From Mobula hypostoma (taxonomy: Eukaryota): 64,000 bases of DNA. Position numbers and translations under genes: made by a program. The number at the start of each line of letters is the position of its first letter. Position 1 is the first letter of the stretch. The notes under the pieces are model-generated. The model was not told the DNA's origin, ran no database searches, and worked only from the letters and a program-made list of their open reading frames with translations. Shown here piece by piece: positions 63,095 to 64,000 of the stretch. The DNA is taken from NCBI RefSeq assembly GCF_963921235.1, contig NC_086097.1, forward strand, positions 117,244,001 through 117,308,000, given 5' to 3'.

Positions 63095-63524
63095 TGAGCG
63101 AAACGATTGCGCTCCGGGCGCGCAAAAATACTTGTAAACTAGTAGAGTATATGGACAGACTTTACAGACACCATTCCATATCGATAGGTACCATAGTTAA
63201 CCGGGCAATTTTATCTAATCATTAACTTTCTTTCCCTGGCGCACGCCTCTCGATCACGAAGAAGAAACCTGCTTGGAGGTCCCTCTCATCGGCGCCTTTT
63301 TTTTCCAACTTCCCTCGCTCTGTTATAAAGCACTTTAAATCTGTTTGCAAACCACATTGTTCATCCAATATAGTATTGTGCAGCCGTATCATGCGCTGAT
63401 CTATTGGTGAATTCTTTAATTGGCCTCTGTCACCCGAGCATGGCCTTTATCGTGGTTGATAGCCTCTCATTCTCCCCTTCCCGCCGTGATCCCCGGGTTC
63501 AGACCGAACGGGAGGTGGGTGTGA

Positions 63525-63857
<333 letters not shown>

Positions 63858-64000
63858 TGAGCGGGTAGACAAAGCGGACGGCGTAAGCAAGCCTTTAACC
63901 TGGAGTGCAGAACAAACTCAAGCAGCAGCTGAGGAGAAAAATTGACCTTGTTTTGTTTTTTTTCTGCCACAGTTGCTGCCTGACTCGTTGTTTCCTCCAG

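Noticed and set aside
63945..64000. start of CBLN2 coding exon 3
   Set aside because: the AG at 63971-63972 is not followed by the expected VSLM-like sequence; the final ttcctccag may be the acceptor or a PLE-type relic, which cannot be resolved at the window edge

Overview
Vertebrate genomic DNA, most consistent with a cartilaginous fish (ray/shark-type CR1, V-SINE/HE1-like, Rex1, Tx1 and Penelope repeats; inference). About 60 kb of repeat-dense upstream DNA is followed by a CpG-rich region holding the first two coding exons of cerebellin-2 (CBLN2, + strand; the last coding exon lies beyond the window). Nearly all ORFs in the track are decayed transposon fragments or noise. Highlights: (i) a Penelope-like (GIY-YIG) family carrying minimal hammerhead-ribozyme motifs, present as a 1.4-kb fold-back element and as ~210-280-bp hairpin mini-elements with long TSDs; (ii) Tc1-type 57-70-bp 'micro-MITE' hairpins that occur alone and as the end modules of larger elements; (iii) a near full-length decayed R4/Dong LINE nested in the (TAAA)n tract of a Rex1 3' UTR; (iv) a 40-bp minisatellite that is an array of NF-Y CCAAT boxes. 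All comparisons were made by eye and most repeat boundaries are approximate. No prokaryotic system, CRISPR array, rRNA or genuine tRNA was found.
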